Positions 44,807 to 49,417 of a stretch of 49,417 nt of DNA are shown here, in pieces (positions within the stretch are counted from its first letter, which is position 1; each line of letters starts with the position of its first letter). The stretch covers positions 1 through 49,417 of the forward strand of contig ADNK01000494.1 in assembly GCA_000320545.1 (NCBI GenBank), given 5' to 3'. A program made the translations under genes and the position numbers. The DNA is from Bigelowiella natans CCMP2755 (taxonomy: Eukaryota; Protista; Cercozoa). The notes beneath the pieces are model-generated. The model ran no database searches, had not been told where the DNA came from, and worked only from the letters and a program-made list of their open reading frames with translations.

Positions 44807-46405
44807 TCATTCCGATAATGCGGATGGCTCGATATGCTTAGTAGTAGTACTACTACTACTACTACGGAAAGCGTCATCATCACCATCGACATGCGTATTC
44901 CTTTGAGCGTCTTCACCAGTGCCTCGTTCCAATGCTCCATCATCTGCTGCTGTTACTGACGATGAAATCGTATCAGACTTCCCTTCAGTCGCAGCAGTAC
45001 CATCTTTCTGATGATTATCGTTCTTATTTCTTTGATGATGGGGCGTTGGAACTCCCGTCGCTGGGTGCTGCTGCTGTTGGCGGCCGGTGCGTCTATCCGA
45101 GTATCTTCTGAGCTCTCTCACTGCGTGTTGCTTGCAAAAGGATTCCAGGGTCTAAGAGATGATGTTAAATATGAATAAATTCAGGTTCGTGGCTATGAAA
45201 TGAAGCTTAGCGTTTCGGTGCAGGAAGCGATTTACAAGAAGAAGGTTGTACAGCTTACAATGCTCATTGCGATTGCACGATTACTATTAATAGCAGATAC
45301 GCTGGCACCAAGTAGGCGTTCCACGAAGAGCCCCTTAACATTCATCTCATCATCATACTCATCATCATGAATACTTTGTTCTTCTCACTGCTGCAGTTTT
45401 GCTTGTCCGGGTGGTAACACAAATTACCTGAAATCCTCCACCGCATCGGACCATCAACGTGCCCTTGACATTTGCCAGTCGAATCTTTCTATAACCAAAC
45501 CGTGCCTGTTTCGGGAGGGGGCGGGGGCGGGTGATAAGAGACATGGTTAAGTATGCATTGCTTTCAAGACCGACGGAGAAGTGCTTATTTTCACGACAGG
45601 ATTTGAAGTGCCTACACCTCTAGATCAACACCTACCTCACATTTGTAGTTGACGTTAGATAGCAAATCTTGATATTGCTTGTGTTTAGGTTTCTGTTGTT
45701 GTTATTGCCGTTAGAAGAAGAAGAAGAAGAAGAAGAAGAAGAAGAGAATGAGGGTATTAGAGAGGGGCGAACAATAGGTTATCTCGACTCGCACACGGTA
45801 GTTGTGATTGTGCGGTTACTACGCTTTGTTATACTCTCAGGAAGTGATATTGAGAGAGAGAAAAATGAAAAGAACAAGATGAAGGAGAATATGATAACAA
45901 ACAGCCGCCGATATGTCCGTCATCCTCCTCCTTCCTCTCCCCCCTTACCTTCCTGAATTCCTTGATCATCTGATCGATAGCCTTTGATTCTTTCGTCTAA
46001 TGATGCAGAAGAAGAAGACGGAAGAGAACAGAAGTAATATCGATGCTTTCAAGCTGTAACTAGTAATCGTCATCGCATCAGAGAAGTAAATCTTTCGCAC
46101 CAGGATGACATATCATCGTATTATTGCATTGTTGAATTGCTGCTGTTTCCTTGCGACTTTCCCATCTCCCCCCCCTCCCCCCCTCTTCTCCCTCTCTCTT
46201 TTGGACGTGTATTTCTTACCCTTCTCCTCGGTGTCGGCGTGTGTAGGCGTGCGATGAGAGGAGACGTGGGTGGTGTGAAAGGTCGCTGATGTTGTATGTA
46301 AAGAGGGAGGATATGTCAGGAGGAGGAGGAGGATCATTATCATCATCAGTATCATCACGATTGTACTACTGTGCTGCTGACATGTTGCATTCGGAGCAGC
46401 TACTG

Positions 46406-46457
<52 letters not shown>

Positions 46458-46621
46458 GTTGTCGTGATTTACGTGGTTTCCTCGATAACCGTCGATGTCC
46501 AGGGAGGGGGGAGCACGCAAAGAGAACTTGCTGTACTCGCACGTAGTAGTAGTAGCGGCATCATCAGAGAACTCACTCAGCAGGGCATATAGAACAACAA
46601 CCATCACATGCGGTAGGATTG

Positions 46622-46663
<42 letters not shown>

Positions 46664-47295
46664 CATGCAGAGAATCATCCTCTCACGTAATAACAGGAAA
46701 CCTACAGCTTAAGGATAAAGCTCTCTTTTGCAATACAGTGATCACCACCACCTAGACTGCCATCACATTTCATCATCACCATCCTCATTTAGCACGAGTT
46801 AATGACCCCGTCAGGCTGCCCCCTCCCCCACCTCCACGACTCCTCGTAGTGGCAGAAATCGCAGAAGATGAAGAGGTTGGCCTGGCAGCACTCCTGCTGC
46901 TTGATCTTCTTCCAGTGGTGTTACTCTTGCTGTGGCGTCTGCCCTGACGACTAGTCTTTGCGCTTTCTGCCAACTCTGTGTATGATTCCTGAGTAAGGTA
47001 CAGCCGGCACCGCCACTACCATCAGAAGGATCATCTTGCAGTTTGTGTGGTGATGATAGCGATGGCAATAACGGTGATGATGACGACGACGATGATGATG
47101 ATGACGACGCATTCGCTGGTGTTGATGATAGTTGTTGTAAGATGATGGGCTCCTTTGTTTCTGATGACGTGAGAGAGTGCTTTCTCGCTAGCTTCTGCTG
47201 CTGCTCTTTTGTCATCATATTGATAGAATGTGCCTAGAACTAACTACCACGATGTGATTGTGAGTTTCTTGTAGCTGAGAAAAGTCCTCCTCCCA

Positions 47296-47338
<43 letters not shown>

Positions 47339-48308
47339 GTTATAATAAAGGTAAGTACATTTCATTTATGCTGTCGGATACATGAAGAACAGAGGAATTT
47401 GCAAGGGAAAACAGGAGGGGGGGGGGGGGGAGAAGCTCCCATGCGTACTGCTGCTTTCTTACAATTTTGCTTCGCTGCTGCGATGAGCGTAAGCTTCCCC
47501 TGAGGTAGTTGTTGTTGGTGTTGTGAATGTAAACAGAGTGCCATCATTCATCATCATCATCATCATTGTCTGTAGATATCATCATCGTTTATTCGAGGAT
47601 AGATAGGTAGGTAGAAGGCAAGAACCTCAGACGAGCGTTCTCTTCTTCAAGCGCCAAAACCCTCTTCCTGAGCGCCCTGTTGTCTTCCATCGCCATCTGC
47701 AGCTCCGACCGTAGTTCTGTTCCTTCCTGATGTTTCTTCGACTCCAGATCTTGTTGCTTTCGTTCCTTCAATTGTAGGAGCAGGGAGAAGGGAGAAGAAG
47801 GAGAATGAGGAGGAGGAGGAGGAGGAGGAGGGAGAGGAAGTTGTGAGGACGAGTAGCTGATGTGGTGGCAGCAGCAGCAAATGCTAGGTTTACTCAAGGA
47901 TGTTTCTTATGCTTTAAGGAGGGTTATTTGGGAATTGTGATCTTATTCGCCCCGTCGTAGGAGGTGTTGGTGAAACACAGCATACATGACATATTTGGTG
48001 GGTAGCACCATCATCTGTTTGAAGAGCCTGGATTCATTCGTCTGTGTGCTAATATGAGAGCTGAGCTGTTCCACCGACTCCTGCAGCCACTGGGGATGGA
48101 TAAATACATTTTACCACTTTTTCTTGAATAATAAGATCTATCACCATATCCAGTCACCATCCATCCCCTCCCTCCCTCTCCCCACCGCTCATCTCTCAAT
48201 AAACTCACCTTGACTTCGTCCTCCCATGAAGAGCCTTCGGGGGGAGGGGGGTGGACAATTCCATGCATCCTCGTGAGCTTGACCAAGGTGTCATCCAGGT
48301 TATTCGAG
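44807..48308 (-). CDS. Coiled-coil protein with GAR (Gas2-related, microtubule-binding) domain; 5' exons unresolved and probably extending further right
   Basis: Spliced TKESKAIDQMIKEFRK/QYQDLLSNVNYKCE/RCRHFKSCRENKHFS/ARFGYRKIRLANVKGTLMVRCGGGFQ/TLESFCKQH resembles the GAR motif (RFG...VMVRVGGGW.TLE.FL.KH). An upstream coiled-coil exon reads ELRSELQMAMEDNRALRKRVLALEEENARLR, with Ser-rich linkers. Stop at 44807. Confidence 0.75.
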
Positions 48309-49417
48309 CTGCACAGAAAGGATGATAACCACCATTACCTACCTACCTCTCTGAACTTCCTACTATATTTACTACTGCTGCTGCTGCTGCTCTGGGATCG
48401 ATTAATATGCAAAACGGCTATGATGGTTGTTTTGCTATGCTGCTGCGAGAATCGCCACTTAACTGCTCCAAGCACATCGACTTCAGAATTCCCTCCTTGT
48501 TACGCAGATTTCTACGAACACAAATGGCGGTAGCAACGTGTGTGAAACGAGAACTCATCAACTTCACTAGATAAAGTGTCGTAAAAAATGCGGTGTATAG
48601 CCGACACAGCAGTTATGTGTGATTGACACTAGACACTAGCATCGGTGTTGCACTGTAGAATCATCCCTTCTCAGTGGGGATCTTCTTCCTTCTTTTTGTC
48701 GTTGCATGCACATGACCCTTCTACATCAGAATAAAAAGTTTTTGCTGCTTATATAATAACATTTATATATTTTTCTCTCTTGTTGCATCGGCTAAATACA
48801 CGATGATCAATATATATCCTACTACTCCTACTCCTACTACAATATGCTCCTACCGGACATCCGAAGCAAGCTGTGTTATCATCATCATCATCATCATCGT
48901 CGTCGTCGTCGGTGTTGTTGTTGCAATTGCGGCGATATCAGAAGTATTTCCACATAGAGGCGACGTACGTCCACAGTGTGATCCCCCCCCCGCCCCCCCA
49001 TGGCCAGTAGCAAGTAGCAAGATAAAGCACAAAAAGGAGAGTGTAGGAAAGGGGAAAGAAAGATAACAACTCAGTCTGCTACATGGTAGATACGATATAT
49101 GATGATACACCAAGGTAAGGCACTGAGTCGTGATGATGATCATAACATGAGCTGCTGCTGCTGCTGCTGCTGCAAAATTTGGACACCCTCGGGATAAAGG
49201 GGAGGGATGGATATGAAGGGGATATTTTCGAACGCCAGATTTCGCCAACACAAATTTCATGGCTAATTTTTCCTCCCCTCCCAATAGACGCTGCTATATA
49301 CTTTTAAGGCCTTTCTTATAAACACGCCCAAAAGTCTAGGGTGGTGTTTGTTTCTGGTGTTGTTTTTGGGGGCTGTGTAGACTGGTTATCCTTTTCGACG
49401 CCGCGGGATGTGGTGCT

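Overview
Eukaryotic, intron-rich nuclear DNA with dense microsatellites in many introns. The style and one apparent bipartite leader suggest a protist such as a chlorarachniophyte (inference, not established). Most ORF-track entries are microsatellite artefacts, so genes were rebuilt by hand across GT/GC-AG introns. They are: a 5'-truncated DH-PH RhoGEF (+), an AMFR/gp78-like RING-H2+CUE E3 ligase (+), RAMP4/SERP1 (-) head-to-head with Sec61-gamma (+), two hypothetical spliced genes, a SAM-domain protein (+), an NHL-repeat protein with a signal-like leader (+), a disordered+LRR protein (-), a USP40/47-like deubiquitinase (+) and a GAR (Gas2-related) domain protein (-). Two non-autonomous TIR elements are present: a 963-bp element with 45-bp TIRs and an 8-bp TSD, and a 248-bp element with palindromic TIRs. 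The most striking signal is that intergenic and TE-derived tracts have almost no TpA dinucleotides except in CTAG, while CpG is retained. By hand count, 23011-24663 has 8 TpA in about 1650 bp, all within CTAG. This suggests a repeat- or intergenic-targeted A:T->G:C hypermutation process, opposite in direction to fungal RIP, that spares CTAG, introns and promoters.
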